From NCBI GenBank assembly GCA_024137785.1, contig JAHRHZ010000002.1, positions 4,927,258 to 4,991,257 on the forward strand: a DNA stretch of 64,000 bases. The letters run 5' to 3'. The notes beneath the pieces are model-generated. The model saw only the letters and a list, made by a program, of their open reading frames with translations, ran no database searches and was not told the DNA's origin. The translations under genes were made by a program, and so were the position numbers. Below, one piece after another: positions 1 through 12,474 of the stretch (its first letter is position 1; every line of letters starts with the position of its first letter). The stretch comes from Ginglymostoma cirratum. Taxonomy: Eukaryota.

Positions 1-1912
1 ACAGGCTAAAATTGGGTTTAACTAGGGATAATAAGAAAGCTGAAATTGTAACAAAGTAGCCAAGCATATAGATATATCTGAGAAACAGTCAAGTGCAGTG
101 GAGTTAGAGAAAATTAATTGCAAATGAGATAACAGGATTTGGAAGACAAGGAAAGGGAAAGGGGACTGAAACAGTCTGAATTACAGTTAAGAGCAGAGGA
201 AAGAGAAAAGAAGAGAGAAGAAAGGGAAAAAAGAGAGAGTTTGACTTTAAGAAGTTGGCAATTAGACAGGAGAGTCAATTTAAAAGGATAGAGATGAAGG
301 TAGGCTTAATGAGGATGATAGTGATGATGAGCAAATCAATCATAGCCAAAGGCCTGGTAGGGACATATACAAATATGTCAAAACCTTGCCAAAATTTGAT
401 GAAAATGATGTACAAGTCTTTTTCATTTCCTTTGAGAAATTGGCAAAGCAGATGAACTGACCAGAGACTGTGCTGGTAATGTTAGTTCAGACCAAGTTGA
501 TAGGCAGAGCCAGTGAGGTATTTGCAGTGCTGTTGGACAAGGTGTGAGGGGAATATGAAGAAGTAAAACAGGCTATTTTGAGTGCCCACAAATTGACACA
601 CAAAGCGTATAGACAATGGTTCAGAAATGTAAGAAAGTAACCAGGTCAGACTTAAATCGAGTTTGAAAGAATTAAACAGAACAACTTCAATGGATAGATG
701 AGGGTATTAAAGATAGAAAAGACATATCTCTTAGAGATGTTATTCTGCTGGAGGAGTTTAAAAACTCACTTCCAGAAGTGATAAGAATTCATGTTGAGGA
801 ACAAGAAGTTAAAACAGTGAGAAGAGCTGCAGAGATGGCGGATCATTACACCTTAATGCATAAATCGAAATCTAGCTTCCAACAGTAATTTAATTCTGTG
901 AGGGATAGAAATTGGGAAATAGTGGGCATCTTCAATGAAAAATAAGCAGATCACACTGGGAACAGTTTACTATATGTGAGAAAAGAAACCCAACAGGGTG
1001 GAAAAGAAGTGAAAGACCTCAGTTGTTTTCATTGCAAAAAAGGTAGGATACACAAAGTTACAGTGCTGGTAGGTTAAGAAAGACACTGGGAAAAAGGTGT
1101 GCTAAAACCAGTGGGATTATTTAAGGTAGTGAAGGAAATCCCAAGAGAAGTGGAGGAGCTGCAGCAGAGTGCACAGCCTAGTCACGGACTAGATAGTAAG
1201 ATAGCCCCCAATCTTTACAAAGATTTCACCTGACTGGGTAAGATTTACGCAGGTAGAACAGGGGGAGTAGGTAAAGAAGTTAAAATATTGAGAGATATGG
1301 GACCTAGTCAGTCTCTAATAGTAAGAGATGAAAATATTTGCACTCTTTCTGAAATATTGCCGAGAAAGTGGTAACCTGTGGAATAAATGGAAAGTGGAGT
1401 AATGTTCCCGTGTAAGATAAGGCTAGAAAGTCTAGCCAAGACAGGGTAAGTGATAATGGGAGTGACGGAAAAATTGACTATTCCAGGAATTCAGTTTATT
1501 CTTGGAAATGATATAGCTGGATCACAAGTGGGAGTGATGCCCATTGTAGTGGAAAAACCAAAAGAAAACCAGGGAACTGAGGAGTTAAAAGAAAAATACC
1601 CTGGAATTTTTCTAGACTGTGTGCTGACAAGATCCCACAGCCATAAGTTAAAAGAAGAAGGGAAAACAAAAGAGAAAGATCAAGGATTTGAGGTCCGGTT
1701 AGCTGACACTCTGTTTGATGAGATGGTAAAGGAAAAACCTAAGCAGGTAGAAGATCAGATAGAGGTGTTTAGTTCTGAAATACTAATGGAGTTACAACAA
1801 AAAGATGAGATGCTAAAGAATTTATATCATAAAGCCTACTCAGAAAAGGAATCAGAGTGTATTCCAGAATGTGATTGCTTTAAGGATAAAATCTCAAGGC
1901 AGAAATGGAGAC

Positions 1913-1940
1913 CTGATGAAGGGTTTAGGCCCGAAACGTC
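1913..1940 (+). ncRNA. Minimal type I hammerhead ribozyme motif
   Basis: CTGATGA-A-GGGT TTAG GCCC-GAAA-CGTC: conserved core, stem II, palindromic ACGT stem III, GUC site. Confidence 0.75.
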
Positions 1941-2038
1941 AAGTTTTCCTGCTCCTATGATGCTGCTTGACCTGCTGTGTTCATCCAGCCCCATGCTTGT
2001 TATCTCGGATTCTCCAGCATCTGCAGTACCTTTTATCT
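1913..2038 (+). mobile_element. Short Penelope-like terminal unit (hammerhead + 3' tail) inserted into Gypsy pol
   Basis: Matches the 3' end of the PLE copies at 33371-33497 and 53165-53295. Flanked by 15-bp direct repeat CAGAAATGGAGACCT (1900-1914, 2039-2053). Confidence 0.9.
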
Positions 2039-4829
2039 CAGAAATGGAGACCTTGGCAGGTTAGTGCAAATGAGAAATGTGAGGAAGTTCACCAGGTTGT
2101 GTTGCCAGTAGAATACATACAGTAAATGTTGTGGTAGCACACAAATTACCTGTAGGAGGTCATCTAGCAGTAAGGGAAGACTCAGGCTAAGGTACAGAAA
2201 CATTTTATTGAACTGGATTACATAAAAATGTGGTTGAATTTTGCCATACCAGTCGTACATGTCAGATGGAAGGAAGGCCACAGGCAGTAATAAAACCAGC
2301 ATCTTTGATGCCAATTCCAGCATTTGAGGATCCTTTTACACAGGGTATAATTGACTGTGTAGATCCCCTCCCTAAAACCAAAAGTGGGAATCAGTATTTG
2401 CTAACCTTAATGGATGTGTCTGTCAGGTTTTTGGAGGCAATTCCATTAGAGAATGTTAGAGAAAAAAGGTTGTGGATGAATTGCTTGCTTTCTTCACCTG
2501 TTATGTACTACCCAGGGAGATTCAGTCAGACCAAGGGTCCAATTTTACTGCTAAATTATTTAAGGAAGTCACGGCTAGCTTAGGCATCAAACACTTTAAA
2601 TCAAATGCGTACCACCCTGAATCCCAGGGAGCATTGAAAAGAAGGCATCAGATCCTAAAGACAATGTTGAGAGCTTATTGCCAGGATTACCCAAATGATT
2701 GGCATAAAGGTATTTATATTATTTGCATTAGAGATGCTGTAAATGAGTCAGCACAGTTTACTCCATTTGACTTGATATTCAGACACAAAGTAAGAGGACC
2801 TTTAAAATTAATTAAGGAAAAGTTGATAGGTCCGAAGTCAGAGATCACACAGTTGGATTATGTACCTAATGTGACAGAAAAATTAACCGGAGTAGGTGAA
2901 TTAGCCAGACAACATTTGAAGGTAGTACAGCACCTAATGAAGAAAGAAGCGGATAAGAAATCTAAAATTTGTACATTTGCCAGTGGGGATAAGGTATTGG
3001 TGCCATTACCAGTAGTAGGAGATCCCTTCAAAGCAAGGTTTAATGGTCCCTATCAGATTGAGAAGAAATTAAGTCAGATGAATTATCTGGTAAAGATGCC
3101 AGATAGGAAAAAAATTATCGGGCATGTCATGCGAACATGTTGAAACCTTACTATGACAAGGAAAGGGAACCAGAGGAACATTGAGGAGTCAAATCCAGAT
3201 GATTTGGATTTTGATGTACCTCAGAATAACTTGAATAATGAGGAAGTCCTTAAGGAATGGGTTAGGGTAGTGAGTTATCTGTCAAAAAAAAGAGAACCGA
3301 ATTGAAAGACTTGTTACAGTGCTAGGAAGACCTATGTAGAAATTGAATGGGGAGGACTAATACCATAGTACATGAGGTTGTATGTAGGGAATGCTGTTCT
3401 GATAAAACAACAGCCCTACTGTCTTAATACTCTCAAAGCAGAGCAGGTTCAGAAGGAAATGGAAGCGATGCTCGAAGAAGACATCATAGAGACAAGTAAA
3501 AGTGAGTGACGTTTGCTGATCATATTGGTTCCCAAACCTGATGGTACTCAACGATTCTGCATAGATTATCAGAAGATCAACGCAGTAACCAAATCTGACT
3601 CATAACCAATTCCAAGGCTGGAGGATTGTGTAGAAAAAGTAGGACAAGCCACTTACATCACAAAGTTGGGCTTACTTTGCGATTACTGGCAAGTACCTTT
3701 GTTGGAGAGAGAAAAAGAAGTTTCTGCTTTTACAAGCCCAAATGGACAGTATAAATTTAAAGTAATGCCCTTTGGAATGAAAAAAATGCACCAGCCACTT
3801 TTCAAAGGCTTATAAACATAGTTGTTGGAGGATTAACTAATTGTGCTGTCTACATAGATAACTTAGTGATCTTTAGCCATTTGTGGAAAGATCACATGGA
3901 GCATTTGGCAAAGCTCTTTGAGAGACTACAAAGTCAAAGTTGGTCATAAACTTGGGAAATACAGAGTTTGCAAAGGCGGAAGTGACATGCTTAGAGAAAA
4001 ACATCAGATATGGACGGATGATGCTGAGGAACGTGAAGGTGAAGGCTATCGAGGAATTTCCAAGATCATCCGCGAACAAGGAAGTGCTACAATTTTTAGG
4101 ATTGAGCAGATTCTACAGGAAATTTGTACCAAACTTTAGTCCGTAGTAGCACAGTTGAAGGATTTGTTAAAAAAGAACATGAAATTTCGGTGGACAGAAC
4201 AATGCCAGGAGACATTTGAGAATTTAAAAGCAGTGTTAACAACCACACCAGTTTTAGCCACACCAAATTTTTTAAAACACTTCAAAGTCACCATTACAAA
4301 AGCGATGTAGGTGTTGAAACTGTGTTGTAACAGGAGGATAATTGTGGAACTGAAAGATCAATTGGTTATTTTTCAAAAAAACTCAATATCCACGGGGAAA
4401 AAAATTCAACCATTGAAAAAGTTATTGCGTTTGGTAATGGCCTTACAACATTTTAATGTTTATGTTGCAAACAATAGATCAGAGACAATTGTGTATATAG
4501 ATCACAATCCTTTGACATTTCTGGAAAGATTTAAGGACATGAATACCAGATATTTTAATTGGAGTCACATGTTACAAGCATTTTACAGATTGTACATGTT
4601 GCCAGTCATGAAAATACTACTGTGGCTGCTTTATCATGAGTTTAAAAGAAAAATGTTTATATAAAATAAAAACGGTAGTGTTCAATGTTGTATATATATA
4701 CAGAATTAGTATAAAATGCATAAGTCTAGGTTAATGAGCGATGGATTGAGTAATATAAGGGAGTTAAGGGTTTAAAAGAAAAAACCCATCTTTTCGTAAT
4801 GATGTTTCATTTTTTTCTTAAGGGGGGGG

Positions 4830-5782
4830 TGTTACAAAGTTGGATAGAGTACTTGTGAATTGGGAGGCAGGAAGTTAGAACTTGGTGCTGTAAAATGCCA
4901 GGGAATGCATTGTGTGGTGCCTTCAATAAAATGATGTGTTTTTTTCTATGCATAGAGATTTAAAATGGATGTCTGTGAGCAGCAGCGTGAAAGTTTGCAA
5001 GCACGCAGACAGCATCCAAATTGAAACATTTGTATCAAATGGCCGTGTAGTTAGCAGGCCAAGCAGCAGTTTTTACCAAGATAACAAGTTTTGAATTCAG
5101 CCAATTAGTTTGAAACAGGCACTTAGATACCAAAAACCATTTAAATTTAAATCTGATGGTTTTGACAACAAAGGACCAATCCTATTGTAAGAAATACTGA
5201 TATGTCATCAAGGGTACAGAAGAAGGGGGCAGTTGGACAAAGTCCCAGAGCTAACTGCTATCTGCCAGAACTAGCAGCCCTCAGCTGTCAAGAGAGAATC
5301 ACTGGCTCTCACAGCGTCCTCTATGTTTTAGAGAAAGCACCATCTAAATACCAATGGTACCAATGGCACAACTAGTCAATATTCCTGACAGAAGAATCAA
5401 CGGAGAAGGCATTCTTGACAGAAAAATCGACACAGAAGACACATAACATTCTGGAAAACATCACCTGGCTGTAATTTATAAAGACTAAATTCAATTTATA
5501 TATGTATGTGTGTGTGTGACCATTGGAACAGCATACCATTAGAATCTTGTATTATTCCGGAATAGATAGTAGTCAGAAGAGATGTATCCATTTTGTTAAT
5601 AGTTTAGTTAATTTGTTCATTATTAGAGTTAAATAAATAAATTGTAACTTGTTGATTTTGAAATGACTGTCAGGGATTTCTTTTATTTAACCACTAGAAG
5701 TTGCTGAAAGGCAGGTTACACCACCTTTCACATTCCTTTTGCAGATTGTGGGGGGGGGGGGGTCAACCTCTGCTTTATAACG
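4830..5782 (+). repeat. 3' LTR of the Gmr1-like element
   Basis: Polypurine tract AAGGGGGGGG at 4820-4829 directly followed by TGTTACAAAG. Ends CTTTATAACG, an imperfect terminal inverted repeat (CA>CG). AATAAA at ~5632. Confidence 0.75.
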
Positions 5783-5789
5783 AGGTATA

Positions 5790-6030
5790 GAAAGCGATAT
5801 TAGGAGAGATGATGAATAACTTGATCATGAAAATAGGTTTAAAGAAGCATCTGAAAAACAGGAGAGAGATAGAGTAATGGAACAGTTTATTGAGGGAATT
5901 CCAGAGCTTAGCATCTAGGCAGATGAAGGCTTGGCCACCAATGGTGGAATAACTACAATCAAAGGTGCTCAACTGACAAAAATTGGAAGAGCGTAGGGAT
6001 CTCAGAGAGGTGTGGAGCTGTGGTGATTAC
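5790..6030 (-). mobile_element. L2 LINE 3' fragment
   Basis: Minus-strand translation STIGGQAFICLDAKLWNSL is typical of the L2 ORF2 C-terminus. Confidence 0.7.
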
Positions 6031-6039
6031 TAACCTTGC

Positions 6040-6465
6040 CTTAGAACATTCACTCATCACTGAGTCCAAGGTAGTGTGTTTATGTCCACTCCAGAGACTT
6101 AACACTGAGGCTGACACTCCAGTGCAGAACTAAGGACCACTGCCCTGTCTTTCAACTGAGATGTTAAATAACACCTGTTCTGCTTTCCCCCCTCTCTCTA
6201 AGGTGGGTGTAAAAAATCCCATGCAACTATTTTGAAGAAGAGAGGCAGAGTTATCCCAGTCTCCTGATCAACATTAGACCGTAAGTCAACGGTAGTGAAA
6301 GAAACAGATTATCTGGTCATTATTACATTGCAGTTTGTGGAAGCTTGCTGTGCATACCATGGCTGCCACATTTCCTACATCAGAACAATGACCACACTTC
6401 AAAAGTACTTCGTTAGCTCTAAAGTTCACCATGGCATCAGATAATTGTGGAAGTCTTTATTAAGT
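6040..6465 (+). mobile_element. SacSINE1/Deu-type SINE
   Basis: Recognisable segments CCACTCCAGAGACTT...GGCTGACACTCCAGTGCAG, AAAATCCCATGCAACTATTTTGAAGAAGAG, CAGATTATCTGGTCATTAT, GCTTGCTGTGC, ACTTCAAAAGTACTTC. Second copy at 21730-22085. Confidence 0.7.
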
Positions 6466-7134
6466 TTTTTTCTCTGAGAAAGCTACAGAAATGAATTCTA
6501 AAATACAGACAACATGCAGATCCCAGCAGACAAACAGAATTAACCATTCAGCCCACAGGGCATTAACCAGCTTGCAATACGATATAGGCTTCCAATGTCT
6601 TATGTTTAAAAGGTCTGACCTTCAGCATCCTGAAAAACTCTCCCAGCAAAGTAATCCATGCAGAGATTTGTGAAGGGAATCAGTGTAGAACACACATCCC
6701 CTACTAACGGGAAATGCACGTGTTATTGAACGAGTGGACGAAGAGGAAGTGAGTGAGCTGGGCAGCCGGGCAATTAAAGGGACAATTAGATAGGGGAAGG
6801 TAGTTGGGTGCTCATGATGGTGATGTGTCCTCGTCTGGTGGATAGATAGGGTGAGTCAGCGGTAATTAAGGTGTCAGTTTTGAACATGTCCAGGTGATAA
6901 ATAGATTTTAATCTGTCTAACATTTCCGTGGAAGCTATCAAAGATATGAACCGCGTAAGTAAATCAGAGTCAGAGATAGTTACAGGTCCTAGGAAGTAAG
7001 GGAAATTCCCATCGGGAGATCAAACCCAATAGGCAATTCCGACGGAGGTCAGCAAGTAAGAGCATCAGGATTTCCATAGGATCTCAACGTCCATCTCAGT
7101 CATATTTCCGGCCTCTGACTATCCCAAGACTAGA

Positions 7135-7760
7135 GTCCCCCACACATAGAACTCAATAATAGGAAATCAGTAACAATCCTCAGACACTCCGCTCCTCCGA
7201 CAGAATTACACCTTAACTTCTCATATTCAGGAATAAACCATCAACAAAACTCAGCCTGGAAATCAGAAGGGAAATGCTTCCAATAAACACACTCAATATC
7301 CAACACACAGCTCCAGTCAAACAGTTCAGCACAAAGCACTGAGTAAACAGCTCTCTCAGCTGGAACTGCTCACACAGCATAAGGGACATTTCCACCCCTG
7401 ACTGTCCACAGGATAGTCAGGCCGCCTGAAGACTGGTGTGGATATTATGGGACACAATTTGTATTAAAGCTGACCCTTTACTCACCATCTCCTCACTTAG
7501 TTTTCCTTATAGGAAGTGAACCAGCTCTGGAAAAGGAAAAGGTGGGAATGTACTCGCGCGTGTGTGTGTGTGTGTGTGTGTGTGAGATTTCTGATTGACG
7601 TCTTTCACATCCAATCTAACTGACTGAACGAACATTAGTTTCTTGAAACTTGTCAAATTGGTAGGCGAAATGGAGGTGACTTTGAAAAGTAAGTAGCTCA
7701 GACGGAGATTTAAACTTCCTATTGCCTCAATGGAATAAAATCTCAATTATTGCAGCTGCT
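7135..7760 (-). promoter_or_regulatory. ZNF-gene promoter/first-exon module, copy 1 (downstream exon presumably left of window)
   Basis: Aligns over ~600 bp with 28885-29470. CCAAT 7611-7615, ETS-like AGGAAGTG 7511-7518, minus-strand GAGATG|GTGAGT donor at 7486/7485. Confidence 0.6.
7560..7584. repeat. (TG)n microsatellite
   Basis: Direct observation. Confidence 0.95.
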
Positions 7761-8117
7761 ATCCCAGCTCATTTTACAGAGATTTCTGTGTGGGAATGGC
7801 ATTCTACATCCTTGGAGATTCGCAAACAGACAAGTGTGGTACGCGTAACCTTGAATTACCTGGAATTACCCGGCTTCCTATCAAACACATCAAAATTAGT
7901 TGCCTCAGCTATTCCTGTGGGAGCCAGTTCCGTATTCTCATCATTCTCCTGAATTCCTCATCAGATTTATTATTGATCATCTTATATTGATGGCCCCTAG
8001 CTTTGGGACTCTCCTACACTTTTTTACTCCAAAATTCTTAATTTTTAAGATGTCTACCTCAGTCTTTTTTCTAGGGAAAAGAATGCTGGCTTGTTCAGCT
8101 TTTCCTATCACTTGGAC

Positions 8118-9677
8118 ATGCCTTCTGAGGAAATAGAGACGATGGTGTACTTTTTCTAACCATAGTGTTGACTTAGATGGACCAGGACAGATTGTTGGTG
8201 ACCATGACTCCTAGAAACTTGACACCTTTGACCATCTCCACATCAATGCCATTGATACAGGTGGGCCATGTCCTCCACTCCACTTCCTGAGGTTGATGAC
8301 CAGCTCCATTGTTTTGCTGACATTAATGGAGAGATTGTGTCTTTACACCATGCCACTAAGCGCTCAATCTCTTTCGTGTACTCTGCCTTGTTGTTGTTTA
8401 AGATCTGACCCACTATGGTGGTGTGATCAGCAAACTTGTAAATGGAGTTATGACAGATTTGACCACACAGTCATGAGTGTATAAGTACAGTAAGGGGCTG
8501 AGTACATAGCCTTGCGGGGCATCAGAGTTGAGGACTATCGTGGAGGAAGTGTTGTTGCCTATCTTTACTGATTGTAGTCTATGGGTCAGGAAGTTGAGGA
8601 TCCGGTTGCAGAGGTGGGAGCAAGGTCCTAGGTCTCGGAGTTTGGAGGTGAGTTTGGTTGGAATTATGGGTTTGAAGATGAAGTTTTAGTCAATAAGTAG
8701 GCATCCAATGTTGTCCAGATGTTCCAGGAATAAGTGTAGGGCCAGGGAGATGGTGTCTGCCATGGATTGTTGTGACAGTAGGCTAATTGTAGAGGATCGA
8801 GGCAGTCTGGGAAGCTGGAGTTGATGTGTGCCATAACTAACCTCTTGAAGCATTTCATAATTATAGATGTCGGAGCCACCAGGCAGTAGTCATTGAGGTA
8901 CGTTGCTTGATTTTTCTTTGGCACTGGGGTGATAGTCATCTACTTGAAGCAGGTGGGAATATCAGATCATAGGATGGAGAGGTTGAAGATGTCTGTGAAT
9001 ACTCGTGCCAGCTGGTCTGCACTGGGTCTGAGTTCATGGCCAGGGACTTCATCGAGGCCAATTGATTTCTGTGAGTTCACTGTCAAGAAGGCCAATCTTT
9101 AACTATGGATACGGGTGTACTCGAGGTTGTTAGGACAAGTGACATTGTTTCACTCAACTTCCATTCAAAATGAGGGTAGAGTGATTGTTACCAATTTTTA
9201 TGGATGCACCAGATGCATCACAGCATGGTATGGCAACTGCTCTGCCCAAAACCGCAAGAAATTATAGAGAGTTGTGAAGACAGCCCTGTCCATCACACAA
9301 ACTGCCTTCCATCCATTGACTGCGACTTCACTTCCTGCTGCCTTGGGAAAGTAGCTAATTTAATCAACTACCCTCCCACCCGCTTATACTCTCTTCCATC
9401 CTCTGTTGTCAGGCAGAAGATACAAATGTTTGAAAACATGTACAAAACAGATTCAAGAACAGCTTCTTCCCCGCTATTATCAGATTTTTGAATGGACCAC
9501 TCAAATATTAAAATTGATCTCTCTCTGCACCTTCTCTGGAGCTGTAATGCTATATTCTGCATTCTGTTCTATTACCCCGATGTACTTATATATGGTATGA
9601 TCTGCCTGAATATTGGGCAAAATAATACTTTTCATTGTATCTCAGTACATGACGATAATAAATCAAATCAAATCAAA
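8118..9677. mobile_element. Rex1/Babar-type LINE, 5'-inverted (minus segment ~8118-9130, plus segment ~9188-9677)
   Basis: Minus RT: ITPVPKK..LNDY....[13 protein letters not shown]....LDPLQ.AY and HHRLYFLRR. Plus segment: LTNFY..CITAWYGNCSAQNRKKL. 3' tail AATAAATCAAATCAAATCAAA 9656-9677. Confidence 0.8.
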
Positions 9678-9909
9678 GAGAATTTTAAAAAAATTTAAAA
9701 TAGTGAAATGTACATGGATCTGAGCGTGGTAGTGCATTAATCACAGAAGGTTAGTTTCTAATATAGCAAATAATTTAGAAAGATAACAGCATGTAATCAT
9801 TTATTGCAAGCAGAATTCAATACAAAAGTAGGAAGATTATGATGTAATTATATAAGGCTTTGGTGAGACCATATGTGCAGTACAATACAGTACAATACAG
9901 TACGGCAAA

Positions 9910-12474
9910 CAATACTGTGACAGACAAGAAACAATGAGGAATTCTCATGATAGCCTGTGGAGCTGCAGCTTTTTCTTAACTTTCCACGAGGCACCAGATA
10001 CTAAAACCTTTCAAGAATTTATGGACAAAGTTAAGAAATATTATGACCCCGAGCCTCCTCTAATTCCAAGGTGAAATTTTTTTTGCCTCAGCATTTCAAG
10101 AACCAGAGGGATCTGTTGTGGGATTTCCTACTATGTTAGAACTGGCAGAAACATGTGACTTTGGTTTAACCCTTAATGAGATTCTGAGAGACTGTTTGAC
10201 ATGTGGGATTAATAATGTAACAGTGACTAATGCCTACTGGTTAAAGCCCCAGCTGGCCTTCAAACAGGTGCCACAGCTGGGTTTATCATTGGAAAATGCG
10301 GCAAAATGTGAGCAAATGGGTTGCAGGGTATTCCAATGGAAGTGGACACTATTGCCAGTCCAACTGAACTTGGGGAACACCTCTTGAGTACAGACAACTG
10401 CACAGCCATAATTACGACATATCCTAGAATGCATAGGCTAGTATCCTGGAGGGTATCCATGACAGTTCATTCTCTGGAAAGTCCACCCACATCCAGCTGG
10501 AACAGTTAAATTGCTTAGCAACATCGAAATCAGAACCAACAAGATAAACACCTAGTTAAATCATCATCTGGTCCTTATGAAGGTCGATACATTTGGAGTC
10601 AGGAAGTTTGACCAATACTTTTCGTGGTGAAAATTTGTGATAATCACTGACTACAAATCCCTACTTGGTGTGCTTAAAGAGGTCAAGGCGGTGCTGCCCA
10701 TCGCTTCAGGCTGCATTCAGCAGTGGGGTCTAATACTAAGTGCTTGTAATTACAAGTTGGAATACTGTCTGGGAGGCCAAATCATGAATGCGGACGCATT
10801 AGCCGCCTCCCAATAGCAGATACACCACCGGTGGTGCCCCCAGTGGAAGATTCTCTAACGATATTAAGCTTTATGGACATGCTCCCAGTTACACTTGACA
10901 ATATCAGACTTTGGACACACAAAGATCCAATCCTTTCAAAACCGAAACAACTGGTATTAATGGCGGAAACCAAACGGCCCTCACAACTAGAACTTTTTGG
11001 AGCCAGAGAGACCGGCTCATAGTAGAGGATGGCATATTGTTATAGGGAGCGTGGATATTTGTCCTGAGCAAAGATCATCATCAAATATTGGCTGAACCCC
11101 ACCAGGGCCATCCTGGGGTCTCCAAAATGAAAATGTTGGCAAGACGTTATGTCTGGTGGCCAAGTTTGGATGCAGACATAGCCGTGTTGATGGAGCAGCG
11201 TCTAGAGTGCCAACAAGGACAAAATTTACCACCAGCAGGTTCCCCACATCTGTGGGAACGGACGGGTAAACTTTGGATTTGGTTACATGTCAACAATGCA
11301 AGTCCTTTCATAGGTTCAATGTCCTTAGTCATTGTAGACGTGCACTCAATGTGGTTGGAAGTGCATAGAGTCCATTCGTCAAATATGGAGACGACGATAG
11401 AAAAGCTGTGCACAACGTTTTTAACACACTGAGTCCGGGAAGTGTTGGTCACAGATAACAGGCCATTGTTTACTAGCTGGGAATTTGGGTATTTCTTAAA
11501 GTTGAATGGGATTTGACATTTGACAGCTCCATCCCACCCATCATCCAATGACCTAGAAGTAAGAGCAGTCCAAACTTTGAAGGCTGGTTTGAAGAAACAG
11601 TCAGGTAGATAGTACTAGATACCAAGCTATCACGGTTCTTATTTGTTTATAGAACCACCCCACACGCAACTACGAGCAGAGGTGCTAATGGGGAGAAGAC
11701 TCCATGCCAGATTAAGTGTGATCTTCCCAGACCTGGGGAGGAGGGTGAACTGGCATCAGAAATGCCAATACTGGACACAAGAGTCCACCAAGCGAGATTG
11801 TTCGATACATGTGACAAAATTTGATGTAAAATTCATGGAAAAACACCTGCATGGGTAAGAGGCATAATTGACACGAAGTCAGGACCAGTGATGTATAAAG
11901 TTTGGGTGGATCCAACAGTCCTGAACAGGCACATAGACTGTGTGAAAGCTGCAAACTCACAAACGGTGTGGGAGCAAAACATGCCCTGCCCCTTGGAACA
12001 GTCAGAAAAGTTGCTGAAACCGATGTGTTCACTCTCTCTGTCAAATGTTACTGAGTCCTCAAAATTGGAGCTGGACATGATGGATTTAGCCCCTTGAAGA
12101 AAAGAATGAAATTCTACCGAGCTGTTTCTAGCACATGAGATGAGCTCCTATGTGTTACATGGTGCCTGTACCTGACCCGGTGCTACAATGCCACAGAAAC
12201 TCTCCAGGATAAGGGACCGGCCTATGTCTGCGGATTCCAAGGGAAAGGGATGTAGTGATTGTAACATGGTTAGCGACCTAGATCTCGTAGAATATGAGTT
12301 TCTTCACTGGGGCTGTTAATCTGGTCAGGGAGCCCTGGCAGACATATAAAAAGGGTGAGGGTGTCAGAGATACTTTGATACCTCACTCATAATGGGGCAG
12401 TACTAAAGACGAGGACCCTTCATGTGTAAATCAAGGGTGACTTGATGGATACCGGCCTCTGTGTAGTTATTTCA
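9910..12474 (+). mobile_element. Degenerate Gypsy LTR retrotransposon with internal deletion; 3' LTR 12251-12474
   Basis: gag (LNEILRDCLTCGI), RNase H remnant ~10600-10810, integrase zinc-binding and core (HQGHPGVSKMKMLARRYVWWP...WLHVNNASPF...VIVDVHSMWLEV). PPT AAGGGAAAGGGA 12239-12250, then TG...CA LTR. Protease/RT not found. Confidence 0.85.

Larger units (their letters stand above)
1..5782 (+). mobile_element. Degenerate Gmr1-like Gypsy LTR retrotransposon (gag-PR-INT-RT-RNaseH-3'LTR), 5' part outside window
   Basis: SCAN-like gag (AYRQWFR ~605-625; ILLEEFKNSLPEVIRIHVEEQ...AAEMADHY 742-849), zinc knuckle CFHCKK ~1023, protease ILRDMGPSQSL ~1285, integrase (IIDCVDPLPKTKSGNQYLL, IQSDQGSNF, YHPESQG, GPY) ~2130-3140, then RT (VPKPDGTQRFCIDY, YWQVPL, MPFG, YIDN) ~3450-3900 and RNase H (DHNPL) ~4300-4600. 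Many stops and frameshifts. Confidence 0.93.

Noticed and set aside
1450-2064. 204-aa ORF with a novel hydrophobic C-terminus
   Set aside because: Chimera of decayed Gypsy pol and the inserted Penelope terminus (PETSSFPAPMMLL...), a translation that recurs wherever this repeat lies.
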